The notes under the pieces were generated by a model, which saw only the letters and a list, made by a program, of their open reading frames with translations, searched no databases and was not told the origin of the DNA. Positions 40,307-50,018 of a stretch of DNA of 64,000 nt are shown here, piece after piece. The translations under genes and the position numbers were made by a program. The first letter of the stretch is position 1; every line of letters starts with the position of its first letter. The DNA is taken from the NCBI GenBank assembly GCA_965208615.1, contig CBDBPB010000006.1, positions 64,001-128,000 on the forward strand, read 5' to 3'. The DNA is from Spirochaetota bacterium. GTDB lineage: Bacteria > Spirochaetota > UBA6919 > CBDBPB01.

Positions 40307-40971
40307 TTATATAGGGTACCATCTTTTAAAAGGGTAACATTATCGTTAGCTTTTTTAGCAAGGTCATTATTATGTGTTACAAAGATAATTGTATGGTTTA
40401 GTTCTTTGGAAAGCTTTTTTAAGAGGAGGTATACATCTTCAGCATTTTTTGAATCGAGGTTACCAGTTGGTTCATCAGCGAGGACTAATTTAGGTTTAGA
40501 GATTAATGCTCTGGCTATAGCTAGTCTTTGCATTTCTCCTCCTGAGAGTTCTTCTGGGTGATTAGTTTTTTTATCGCTAAGATTAACAAGATTTATATAA
40601 TATTTAGCTTTTTTAATTGCCTTATTATATCCCTCTCCCATTAGTAGTAGCGGCATAGCAACATTTTCTAGACTTGTTAGGGTTGGTAGAAGGTTAAAAA
40701 ACTGAAATATAATTCCTATATTATTTCTTCTAAATATTGTTAAGTCTTTATCTGACATAGAGATCAATTTAGTATTATCAATTATTATATCGCCTGAATC
40801 TGGTTTGTCTATTCCCCCTATTAGGTTTAGGAGTGTACTTTTACCTGATCCGCTGGCACCCATTATTATTAAAAAGTCACCTTTTTTAACATTAAGGTTA
40901 CAATTTTTTAATACATAGAATGACTTTTGTCCTCTTGTATAAGTTTTGCAGATGTTTGATAATTTAACCAT
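40303..40971 (-). CDS. ABC ATP-binding protein (LolD/MacB-like)
   Basis: GASGSGKS, LSGGEMQR, LADEPTGNLD, VTH; 4-bp overlap with the permease. Confidence 0.93.
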   Translation of the reverse strand: MVKLSNICKTYTRGQKSFYVLKNCNLNVKKGDFLIIMGASGSGKSTLLNLIGGIDKPDSGDIIIDNTKLISMSDKDLTIFRRNNIGIIFQFFNLLPTLTSLENVAMPLLLMGEGYNKAIKKAKYYINLVNLSDKKTNHPEELSGGEMQRLAIARALISKPKLVLADEPTGNLDSKNAEDVYLLLKKLSKELNHTIIFVTHNNDLAKKANDNVTLLKDGTLYK

Positions 40972-41040
40972 GTTTATTTATATGTAGATAGAGTATTTTA
41001 ATTTAAGCGTAATTATATTAGTTATTTTACCTATATAAAT

Positions 41041-41068
41041 TAAATAGTCAATACAGCATTGCCGAATG
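41041..41068 (+). promoter_or_regulatory. Candidate sigma28 (FliA) promoter
   Basis: TAAA-N16-GCCGAATG upstream of the GluR0-like channel gene. Confidence 0.35.
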
Positions 41069-41188
41069 ACTATCTTAGTTCTAATTAAGATTGATGAGCT
41101 AATTAATAATATTTTTCTATAAAAAAGTAGTTGTTAATCGGATAAACAAAATTAATTAGTCTTAGGGTAAAAATATAATATAATTTTA

Positions 41189-42280
41189 ATGAAAAAAATA
41201 TCTATTAAAAAAGAGGGAAAAATGCTTATTATGAGATATTTAATTTTCATTAGTATTGGGATATTATGCTTTAATACTTTAGTGGGAGCTAAAACAAAGT
41301 GGGTTGTTGATGTTAAAGAAGCTCCTCCGTTTGTGATAATAGATAAGAATACATCTAGGCTTAGTGGGTTTTCTATAGACATAATAAAAGAGATAGCCAT
41401 GGTTATAGATGATCCTGTTGATATTGATTTTACTATTAGTCCTAATTTAGAGACTCATCTTAATAAAGTTATAAATGATGAGGTTGATCTTGGTATTGCG
41501 GCAACATCTATTACTGTGGATAGGTCTAATAAAATGGATTTTAGTTTTCCATTTTTTAAGAGTAAGCTTGGTATATTAATAAAAAAGGAAAAGGCTAGTA
41601 GTATTTGGAAGGTTATTTTTTCTAAAAAGATATTCTATGTTTTTATAGGTTTAGTTATTTATATATTTATTTGTGGTAATTTAATCTGGATATTAGAACA
41701 TGGGGAATCCAGCTTTAATGATAAATGGATTAAGGGGGTTTTTGAGGGAGTATGGTGGACTATTGTTACTATGTCTACAGTTGGTTATGGTGATTTTGTT
41801 CCTCGTAGAGCTTTATCTAGATTAATGGCTAGTATTATGATATTTAGCGGTATAATTATTTTTAGTATTGCTATAGGAGCTTTTAGTTCTCTTATGACAA
41901 TAAGTCACCTGGAAAGCGATTCTAAAAAGCTATCTGATTTATCTAAAAAAAGGGTATCCTGCATAGTTAATACTACTTCTTGCAAAGCCGTTGATGAAAA
42001 AGGTGCAATAATTGTTGAGGCTAAAAATCTTGAAGAAGCTATATCTAATTTGAATAGTGAAAAAGTAGTTGCTATGGTATATGACAGCCATCTTTTGCTA
42101 TACCACCTTAATAAGACTAAGAATAATAATTTTGATCTTGTTGATAATAGTTTTAGAGATGAGCATTATGGAGTTGGATTTCCTTTGAATAGTAAGATAA
42201 GAAAGCAAGTTAATATAGGTTTACTTAGGATTATGAAGGATTCGAGGTATAAGAGAATATATGAAAAGTGGTTTCAATAG
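41189..42280 (+). CDS. Ligand-gated K+ channel, GluR0-like (SBP_bac_3 S1-TM-pore-TM-S2)
   Basis: APPFV, GFSIDI, SITVDR..MDFSFPFF; pore 'WWTIVTMSTVGYGD' (TVGYG filter); S2 'YGVGFP..S..RKQVN..LL'. The start may be a downstream ATG. Confidence 0.9.
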   Translation: MKKISIKKEGKMLIMRYLIFISIGILCFNTLVGAKTKWVVDVKEAPPFVIIDKNTSRLSGFSIDIIKEIAMVIDDPVDIDFTISPNLETHLNKVINDEVDLGIAATSITVDRSNKMDFSFPFFKSKLGILIKKEKASSIWKVIFSKKIFYVFIGLVIYIFICGNLIWILEHGESSFNDKWIKGVFEGVWWTIVTMSTVGYGDFVPRRALSRLMASIMIFSGIIIFSIAIGAFSSLMTISHLESDSKKLSDLSKKRVSCIVNTTSCKAVDEKGAIIVEAKNLEEAISNLNSEKVVAMVYDSHLLLYHLNKTKNNNFDLVDNSFRDEHYGVGFPLNSKIRKQVNIGLLRIMKDSRYKRIYEKWFQ

Positions 42281-42322
42281 GGTTATTATAGCATTTTTAA
42301 ACTAAGGAAAAAGTTTATTAGG

Positions 42323-43111
42323 ATGCTAACTTTGAATAAGTTTATTTTAGTTATATTATTTATTATTAGTTCTTCAAATATTAGTGGATATTATAAGCCA
42401 TATACAGTAAAAAAAGGGGATACTTTATGGTCTATAGCCAAAAAGCACCATATAGATTACTATACCCTTAAAAGGGCTAATAAAAATATTAATCATAGTA
42501 TGGTTGGTTATGGAGTTAGGATTAAGATTCCAGGTTATTTTCATGTTGTTGAAAGGGGGGATAGCATTTGGAATATAGCTAGACGTTATTCTATTAATCC
42601 TAAAAAGCTTTTAAATATCAATGGTATGACAATTAAAACAAGACTAAAGATTGGCATGACTATTTTGATTGGTAAAAAGCTAAAAAAAGATATAGCTAAG
42701 TATTTTTATAAACAAAAAAAAAAGTCTAATATATTTTGGCCTGTTAAAGGCAGGCTTATAAAGTCATTTGCTTGGGATAATAAGCTATTTTATTCGGGTA
42801 TTACTATAGACTCAAATGATAACAATATTAAGTCTATAAATAATGGCAGGGTAGTTTTTGCTGGTGTAGTAAGGGGATATGGTAATACTATAATAATTGA
42901 GCACTCTGGTTATACTAGTGTTTACTCATCCAAGGATATCAAACTTTATGTTAATAAGGGTGATTTAGTACGTCGTAATAAAGTTGTTGCATTTAAGGCA
43001 GATAATAAAGCTAATTTAAAGTTATTTTTTCAGTTATGGTTAAATAATAAGGCCATAGATCCAGTTAAATATTTTAAAAGGAGGCAAAATGGATTTAAGT
43101 TCTTTAATTAG
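42323..43111 (+). CDS. LysM x2 + degenerate M23 domain protein (NlpD-like)
   Basis: YTVKKGDTLWSIA, HVVERGDSIWNIA; WPVKG, GYGNTIIIEH, IDP; Zn ligands absent (YSGIT, KLFFQ). Confidence 0.85.
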   Translation: MLTLNKFILVILFIISSSNISGYYKPYTVKKGDTLWSIAKKHHIDYYTLKRANKNINHSMVGYGVRIKIPGYFHVVERGDSIWNIARRYSINPKKLLNINGMTIKTRLKIGMTILIGKKLKKDIAKYFYKQKKKSNIFWPVKGRLIKSFAWDNKLFYSGITIDSNDNNIKSINNGRVVFAGVVRGYGNTIIIEHSGYTSVYSSKDIKLYVNKGDLVRRNKVVAFKADNKANLKLFFQLWLNNKAIDPVKYFKRRQNGFKFFN

Positions 43112-43598
43112 GGATATACCAGACTGGCCTAAAAAAGGCGTAGTTTTTAAGGATATTACTGTATTATGGAAAGATCCGAAGGGATTAAGGGAATCTATTG
43201 ATAATTTAGCAGATAGGTATAAAAATAGTGGTATTAACAAGATAGTGGCCGCTGAATCAAGGGGTTTTATAATAGGTGCTCCTTTGGCATATCTTATAGG
43301 AGCCGGCTTTATACCTATTAGAAAGCCTGGTAAACTACCCTATAAGGTTATTACTCAGAATTATGAACTTGAATATGGAACAGATAGTCTATCCATACAC
43401 GAGGATGCCATAGATAAAGGGGACAGGGTATTAATTGCCGATGACCTTATTGCAACTGGAGGCACTATTGAGGCAATAATTAAATTAGTTAACTCTTTTG
43501 ATGCTGAGATAGTTGAGGTTTGTGCATTAGTTGAGTTAAAATTTCTTAATGCTAGTGCAAAGATAAGCAAGCCAGTATATTCTATTATTAAATATTAA
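43089..43598 (+). CDS. apt: Adenine phosphoribosyltransferase
   Basis: PDWPKKGVVFKDIT, ESRGF, RKPGKLP, YELEYG, IADDLIATGGT. Confidence 0.97.
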   Translation: MDLSSLIRDIPDWPKKGVVFKDITVLWKDPKGLRESIDNLADRYKNSGINKIVAAESRGFIIGAPLAYLIGAGFIPIRKPGKLPYKVITQNYELEYGTDSLSIHEDAIDKGDRVLIADDLIATGGTIEAIIKLVNSFDAEIVEVCALVELKFLNASAKISKPVYSIIKY

Positions 43599-44450
43599 TT
43601 AGTCTGACAGTGATATTAACATATTGTCTATTAGTCGGATATTTGATATATAAACTGCAATGGCAATTAATATAGTATTTAGGTTTATGATGGCAAGCTC
43701 GTTTAGGCTATTAGGATCGCATATTGAAACGTAGTCTATAGCTATATTTTTATTGTTCAAGTAGTTTATAATGGAGTTTTTTATAATATCTGATTTTTTT
43801 TGATTATGTTTAATTATGTTTTCTGCTAGTTTTAGGCTTTTATATACTGCTGAAGCTTGTTTACGTTCTTTAGTGTTTAGATAAGTGTTCCTAGAGCTAA
43901 TAGCAAGGCCGTCTTTTTCTCTTATTGTTGGTAGAATCTTAAGTTTTATGGGTATATTTAAGTCTTTTATTAGCTGTTTAATAATTAGGGATTGCTGATA
44001 GTCTTTTTGACCGAAGTATGCAATAGTTGGCATAATAATATTAAACAGTTTTGTACAAATAGTTAATACCCCCCTAAAGTGGCTGGGTCTTGATATTCCA
44101 CATAGTTTATTACTTAGGTTTTCTATACTTACGTATGATAAATGATCTTCTTTGTATATATCTTCAGCATTGGGCATAAATAGATAATCTATATTTAGGG
44201 TTTTTAGTTTATTAATATCTGAGTCTATTGGTTTGGGATATTTATTAAAGTCTTCGTTGGCAGAGAATTGGCTTGGATTAACAAATATGCTGACTGTGGA
44301 TATATTATTTTCTTTAAGGGATTCTTTAATTAGGGACAGATGACCATTATGTATGGCACCCATAGTTGGTACAAAGCCTAGAGATTTATTGCTTTTTATT
44401 AGCGATATAGCTATTTTCTGCATTTCTTTAGGGGATTTAATAATTTTCAT
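43599..44450 (-). CDS. panC: Pantoate--beta-alanine ligase
   Basis: VPTMGAIHNGH, SIFVNPSQF, RPSHFRGV, FGQKDYQQ, SSRN, RLIDN. Confidence 0.96.
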   Translation of the reverse strand: MKIIKSPKEMQKIAISLIKSNKSLGFVPTMGAIHNGHLSLIKESLKENNISTVSIFVNPSQFSANEDFNKYPKPIDSDINKLKTLNIDYLFMPNAEDIYKEDHLSYVSIENLSNKLCGISRPSHFRGVLTICTKLFNIIMPTIAYFGQKDYQQSLIIKQLIKDLNIPIKLKILPTIREKDGLAISSRNTYLNTKERKQASAVYKSLKLAENIIKHNQKKSDIIKNSIINYLNNKNIAIDYVSICDPNSLNELAIINLNTILIAIAVYISNIRLIDNMLISLSD

Positions 44451-45949
44451 TTTGCTTTACAGGCATAGTCATATTTTCTTTTATTCTCTATAGCTTTACT
44501 GTATAGCGATTCATATTCTTTAGAGCTTTTATCCCACGAGAAGTTTTTAGTCATAGCAGAGTCAATTAGTTTATTTATATGGCTTGGTCTATCGTAATAT
44601 GTACTAATAGCCCATCCTATGGTATAATATAGAGCTTTTGAAGACGGTTCCCAAAACTTAAATCCTGTTCCTTCACCGTTCTGTTCATTGTAGTTAGTCA
44701 CAGTGTCGTCCAATCCTCCTGTAGCTCTTACTATTGGCAATGTGCCGTATTTTAGTGAGTATATTTGGGTTAGTCCACATGGCTCATACATTGAGGGCAT
44801 TACTAAAAAGTCGCATCCTCCTTGTATTAGGTGAGCCATTGTATTATTAAACCCTGTATACAGTGAAAATTGGCCTTTAAATTTATTGGCTATTTTAGTA
44901 AAATACTCTTCTAAAAGAGGTTCACCAGAACCTAATATAATGAACTGTACATGCATATCGGATAATATATTATGAATTACTTCTGCTATTAGGTTAAATC
45001 CTTTTTGGCTTACAAAGCGTCCTATTGCACCAATTAAGGCAATATTTTTATCTTGATTAAGGTTTAGTTGTTTTTGTAATTCTATTTTGCATTTTAACTT
45101 ACCTGATCTATCACTTATAGAGTAGTTGGCTGGTAGAAGAGGGTTTTTTTCTGGAGACCACTCATTATAATCTACACCATTTAATATTCCTAAAAAGCTA
45201 TCTTTTTTATTGGATAGGTATGGAGCTAATCCAAAGCCTCCAAAGGGTTTGGAGATTTCTTTGGCGTATGTTGGGCTTACGGTATTTACTATGTCAGAGA
45301 AGAATATACCCCCTTTTAGGAAGTTAATACTGCCGTAGCATTCAAATATATCTGGGGTAAAATTATGCTTACCTAGTCCAAGATAGTCGTAATTGCTTTT
45401 GGGATAAATACCTTGGTATGCGGCATTATGGATAGTTAAAACAGATGCAGAATTACCTATCCATTTATCATTAAAGTCCCATATTTTAAGGTATGCACTA
45501 GCTAATGCACTTTGCCAGTCATGGGAGTGTATAATATCTGGTTTATATTTTATATCCTTACATAGTTGTAGTGCGGCTTTTGTTAGAAAAGCGAATCTTT
45601 TGGGATTATCACTATAATCATTCATTAGGGAGTCGTGATATAGTCCTGATCTGCTAAAGTATAGATGGTGTTCTACAAAATAGACGGTTATATTTTCTTC
45701 TAGATTAGTCATAAACACTGAACACCATTCAACAGTGTTACCCATCCACACGCCCATGGTATTTAGGGTAGTATTTACAGTATAATTTTTTAAGTTGAGC
45801 TCAGAATATTTTGGTATTACTATTTTAATGTTATGGCCTAATTTAGTTAGATATTTTGGAAGACTGCCTAGAACATCAGCCAGCCCACCTGTTTTGATAA
45901 AGGGAGTCATTTCTGAGGCAATCATTAATATATTTAGTTTTTTAGGCAT
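44447..45949 (-). CDS. glgA: Glycogen synthase
   Basis: KTGGLADV, HSHDWQ, TIHNAAYQG, QKG, MPSMYEPCGL, TGGLDDTV. Confidence 0.96.
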   Translation of the reverse strand: MPKKLNILMIASEMTPFIKTGGLADVLGSLPKYLTKLGHNIKIVIPKYSELNLKNYTVNTTLNTMGVWMGNTVEWCSVFMTNLEENITVYFVEHHLYFSRSGLYHDSLMNDYSDNPKRFAFLTKAALQLCKDIKYKPDIIHSHDWQSALASAYLKIWDFNDKWIGNSASVLTIHNAAYQGIYPKSNYDYLGLGKHNFTPDIFECYGSINFLKGGIFFSDIVNTVSPTYAKEISKPFGGFGLAPYLSNKKDSFLGILNGVDYNEWSPEKNPLLPANYSISDRSGKLKCKIELQKQLNLNQDKNIALIGAIGRFVSQKGFNLIAEVIHNILSDMHVQFIILGSGEPLLEEYFTKIANKFKGQFSLYTGFNNTMAHLIQGGCDFLVMPSMYEPCGLTQIYSLKYGTLPIVRATGGLDDTVTNYNEQNGEGTGFKFWEPSSKALYYTIGWAISTYYDRPSHINKLIDSAMTKNFSWDKSSKEYESLYSKAIENKRKYDYACKAK

Positions 45950-46082
45950 AATAGACCTTTATATATGGATAATTAGTTAGGGTTGATTAGTATATTTAAA
46001 AGTTAATTTTTGTTATCTATAGAATCGGTATATAACAAGTTACTAAAATAAAACAAAATATTAAAGTTTAAAAGTTATTTTT

Positions 46083-47138
46083 TTACTGGTTTGTATATAA
46101 GGTATTTCGTTTAAATGGAATAAAACCAGCTTCTTTGATTAGCTTTATCATTTTGGATTCATTTAGTTTATAGTTAGTTCCAGCAGACTTAACAACGTTT
46201 TCTTCTATCATTATTGATCCTAAATCGTTAGCACCAAATCTAAGGGATAGTTGTCCAATTTCTTCACCTTGAGTTACCCATGATCCCTGGATGTTTTTTA
46301 TGTTATCAATAAATATTCTACTAATGGCTAAGGTTTTTAAATAGTCATAGCATGAACTAGGTTTAACATTTAATTTAGAATTACCTTTTTGGAATGTCCA
46401 TGGGATAAATGCAGTAAATCCGTTAGTTTTATCTTGTAGATCTCTTATTTTAGTTATATGTTCAATGCGGTCATCGATGGACTCAATATGTCCAAACATC
46501 ATAGTAGCAGTGGTTTTCAGGTTAAGGCTGTGAGCAGTTTTCATAACATATAACCAGTCATGGCTGGTGTATTTATTAGGACTAATTTCTTTTCGTATTG
46601 AGTCAACTAGTATTTCTGCACCACCACCGGGTATAGAGTTTAATCCAGCATTTATTAGTTTAGCGATAGTTTCTTTTATAGAAATATTATTTATCTTGCT
46701 AATGTAGGTAATTTCAGGGGGCGAGAAAGCGTGAATATGAATATCACAAACACTTTTAATAAACTTTAACAGTGATGTATAAAAGTCAATTTTAAGTTTT
46801 GGATTTAGTCCCCCTTGTAGTAGTATTCCTGTTCCATTAAGGGATTTAGTTTCCAATATTTTTTGTTTTATACTATCATTATCCAAAACATAATAGTTAT
46901 TATGGTCTATTTCTTTATAGAAGGCACAAAACTTACACTTAGATATACATCCATTGGTATAATTAATATTTCTGTCTATAATGTATGAGGCAGTATTTGG
47001 ATTACATTTATTTAGCCTTATATGATGTGCAAGATCGGCTAATGTTAATATATCAGTGTTAGTAAAGAGTATTTTAGCTTCGTTAGGAGTTATACGTTTT
47101 AGGTTATATGCTTTTTTTAGTATGTTTTTTTCTTTCAT
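46083..47138 (-). CDS. mqnC: Cyclic dehypoxanthine futalosine synthase (radical SAM)
   Basis: DRNINYTNGCISKCKFCAF, LLQGGLNP, PGGGAEIL, FIPWTFQ, QGSWVTQG, MIEENVV. Confidence 0.9.
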   Translation of the reverse strand: MKEKNILKKAYNLKRITPNEAKILFTNTDILTLADLAHHIRLNKCNPNTASYIIDRNINYTNGCISKCKFCAFYKEIDHNNYYVLDNDSIKQKILETKSLNGTGILLQGGLNPKLKIDFYTSLLKFIKSVCDIHIHAFSPPEITYISKINNISIKETIAKLINAGLNSIPGGGAEILVDSIRKEISPNKYTSHDWLYVMKTAHSLNLKTTATMMFGHIESIDDRIEHITKIRDLQDKTNGFTAFIPWTFQKGNSKLNVKPSSCYDYLKTLAISRIFIDNIKNIQGSWVTQGEEIGQLSLRFGANDLGSIMIEENVVKSAGTNYKLNESKMIKLIKEAGFIPFKRNTLYTNQ

Positions 47139-47149
47139 GAGTATTAAAA

Positions 47150-47944
47150 TTAATATAATTTAATTTGATTTATATTGTTTAGTAGTTTTTTATTATAGAG
47201 CATTTTTTGATAGAGATAGACTGCCTGTTTTTCGTAGTAGTCCAGTTCATAATGGAGATAGCTTTTAAAATACTGCTGTAAAAAGTTATTATTATATTGG
47301 TGTTGGTTTATAATTTTATCGTTTATAATTTTATCAATGTTATTTAGTCCAAGTTTCTTACTATTTAAGAGGTCATTTTTGATGGATAAGTTTTTTGTTT
47401 TACTTGCCCAAACGGCAAATACAAATGGTAGACCTGTCCAATTGTTCCAGGCTTCACCAAGGTCAATATACTTATTGTAGTGGTGTTTGATTGCGTTATC
47501 CCCAATTAGCAGATAGGCATCATAGTTATCCTTATTTTTTATGAGGTTTTGTGGATTATCTAAGATAAAGTTACATTTTATTTTATAATAGTCTGCGGTT
47601 AAGAGTTTTAAAAGGTTTATGGAAGACAATGAGCTATTATCTAACCCAATAGATTTTACTGATTTTATTTCTTTATTTAGTATAAGTATTACAGATCCAG
47701 CCTTATTATGACAGGCAATAGATATTCCATCTATTACGTATAAATCTTTTCTTTTAAGGACTTCAAATATTGGTAATAGAGCGGCTTCTATATTGGAGTT
47801 GTCAAGGTGATATCCAAGGTTTGATGGTATATCTTTTATCATTATATATTTTTTTAGATAGGTTGTTATGGGTAGGATATTTATATAGGGTACTACGCCT
47901 AGTTTTTTCAATTTATATCTCGTTATAGAAAGAGTCTCGTTCAA
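47150..47944 (-). CDS. mqnA: Chorismate dehydratase (futalosine pathway)
   Basis: VPYIN..P, PS, SV, LLIGDNA, DLGEAW..WTGLPFVFAVW; lies between mqnE and mqnC. True start may be TTG at about 47911. Confidence 0.88.
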   Translation of the reverse strand: MNETLSITRYKLKKLGVVPYINILPITTYLKKYIMIKDIPSNLGYHLDNSNIEAALLPIFEVLKRKDLYVIDGISIACHNKAGSVILILNKEIKSVKSIGLDNSSLSSINLLKLLTADYYKIKCNFILDNPQNLIKNKDNYDAYLLIGDNAIKHHYNKYIDLGEAWNNWTGLPFVFAVWASKTKNLSIKNDLLNSKKLGLNNIDKIINDKIINQHQYNNNFLQQYFKSYLHYELDYYEKQAVYLYQKMLYNKKLLNNINQIKLY

Positions 47945-49007
47945 CTGGTATTTTACCGGATTCTTTAATTAAACTAATAAGTTCATTTTTATTTAGCATA
48001 TATGGACTATTTGATCCAGCCGCATGGGTAATTTTTTCTTCGAGTATTGTACCATCAATATCATTGGCACCAAAATTAAGGGATAGTTGAGCTATTTTAA
48101 CCCCTAGCATAACCCAATAGGCTTTTATATGGGGTATATTATTAAGGAATATCCTAGATATTGCAATAGTTTTTAGTATATCTATACCAGTAGTCTTTTT
48201 TGAAGATAAGGAATTATTTTTAGGGTGATAAACAAGGGGTATAAAGGATAGGAATCCATTATACTTATTTTGAGTTTCTCTTAGCTTGTTTAGATGGTCA
48301 ACTCTATCTTCGTAAGACTCAATATGCCCCATTAGCATAGTGGCATTAGATTTAATATTAAGGGAGTGGGCAATATTGTGTATGTTTAGCCATTCATCGC
48401 CGGATATTTTATCAGGACATATTTTCTTTCTTATTTTGGGTTCAAATATCTCTGCACCTCCTCCTGCTAAGGCATTCAATCCGTTATCCATTAATTCTAT
48501 TAAGACCTGCCTTGTTGATATAGAAAAGAGCTTAGAAAAGTTATGTATTTCTATAGCTGTAAATGCTTTTATACAAACGTCATTGTTTATATCTTTTATT
48601 GACCTAAGCATTTCTTTGTAGTAAGAAAAGGGTAGTTTTGGATGTATACCTCCTACAATGTGAATTTCTTTAATATTTTTATTATTAAATTCTATAAGCT
48701 TGTTTTTAATACTCTCTATTGTCATTATGTATGAGTCATTATCATTTTCCACTCTCTTAAAAGAGCAGAAAGAACATGTATTAACACATATATTTGAGTA
48801 GTTTATATGTCCATTTAGTATAAAGAATACCTTATTGTTATGGAGTTTGGTTTTTATTTTGTTAGCAATAATGCCTATTTTTATAATGTCATTACTATTA
48901 AACAGAGTTAAGGCATCATTTTTAGTGATAGGGATATTGTTTTTAACTTTTTTATAAATTGTATATAATTCTGATTTATTACTAATTTCAGGTTTATCTA
49001 TAATCAA
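47913..49007 (-). CDS. mqnE: Aminofutalosine synthase (radical SAM)
   Basis: HINYSNICVNTCSFCSF, EIHIVGG.HP, KAFTAIE, GGGAEIF, HIKAYWVM, DGTILEEKITHAAG. Confidence 0.9.
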   Translation of the reverse strand: MIIDKPEISNKSELYTIYKKVKNNIPITKNDALTLFNSNDIIKIGIIANKIKTKLHNNKVFFILNGHINYSNICVNTCSFCSFKRVENDNDSYIMTIESIKNKLIEFNNKNIKEIHIVGGIHPKLPFSYYKEMLRSIKDINNDVCIKAFTAIEIHNFSKLFSISTRQVLIELMDNGLNALAGGGAEIFEPKIRKKICPDKISGDEWLNIHNIAHSLNIKSNATMLMGHIESYEDRVDHLNKLRETQNKYNGFLSFIPLVYHPKNNSLSSKKTTGIDILKTIAISRIFLNNIPHIKAYWVMLGVKIAQLSLNFGANDIDGTILEEKITHAAGSNSPYMLNKNELISLIKESGKIPVERDSFYNEI

Positions 49008-49128
49008 CTGTATTTCCTTACCAGCTTAAAATTATATTAGATCATATAAAAATAGAAAACCTATAAAGATAAGTCAATTTTTTTAATTTCACTATGGTTT
49101 GTGTAAAAGTTATAGGCATATTATTAGG

Positions 49129-49997
49129 TTAGCTAAAGGCCTTAGATTTAATTTTTGTATAATATTTTATATATTTTTCTTTGTTAACTTGATAATATAG
49201 TAATACAACAAGGTTTAGCATAAACAAAAATGGCGTTAAAAAGTGTTTTAGGTATATAAAAATGTATATATTATTGCTATAGTTTATTTTTAATATTGCT
49301 AAGGGATTGGTTTTATTTTTTAGCTTTAGTAGTATTATATTGTAGATGAAGTTTATGTCTAAATATATTAGGGCGATTATGGAGAGTTTAATTACTATTA
49401 ATATTATAAAAGACAGCATGAATATTACTTCGATTATTTTGTTATAGTATAGTTTATTAAAAAGGTATAGGATCCATACTAATAGGCATAACTTTGTATA
49501 AAATAATAGTTCTCCATACAAATAGTTATATTTAAGCGTTAGGTGAAGGAATAGCACTATACCTTCTATTATTAAAAAGGTTATAAAGACATTTAAAAAA
49601 GCTTTTAGCGAGTCTATTTTAATAATTTGTTTTAATTTATTGACTGCCAATATTATTAAAATATTACCAAAAGGGAGATAATAGAGCTTTATTGTTGGTA
49701 TATTATTTTTTATCCAATTTTCTGCAAAGGTATTTTTTAACCAGTTCAATATTGGAATATCAATAGTTAGCGTAGATATAGCCATAAATGAGGTTAAACT
49801 GTATATGTGATTTTCTATTAATTTGTCTATGTTCAAAAAATATAGGGTTATTATTTGTAAGAGCAAAAAAAAAACAAACTTAGGCCAATAATGGGATAAA
49901 TTATTCCTAGTTCAATTAAGGAGTTATTTAATTCCCTAAAGTTTATCCTTCTTAAGAGCTTATTTATTTTTATAGGGGATAGTTTTTTTTCATTCAT
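49129..49997 (-). pseudogene. Polytopic membrane protein, frameshifted in a T10 tract
   Basis: ATG at 49997 opens MNEKKLSPIKINKLLRRINFRELNNSLIELGIIYPIIGLSLFFF, then stops shortly after the T10 run (49865-49874). One extra T joins it to ORF 49129-49866 (about 289 aa). Confidence 0.65.
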
Positions 49998-50018
49998 AGT
50001 CTATTTAGGGCATTAGCT

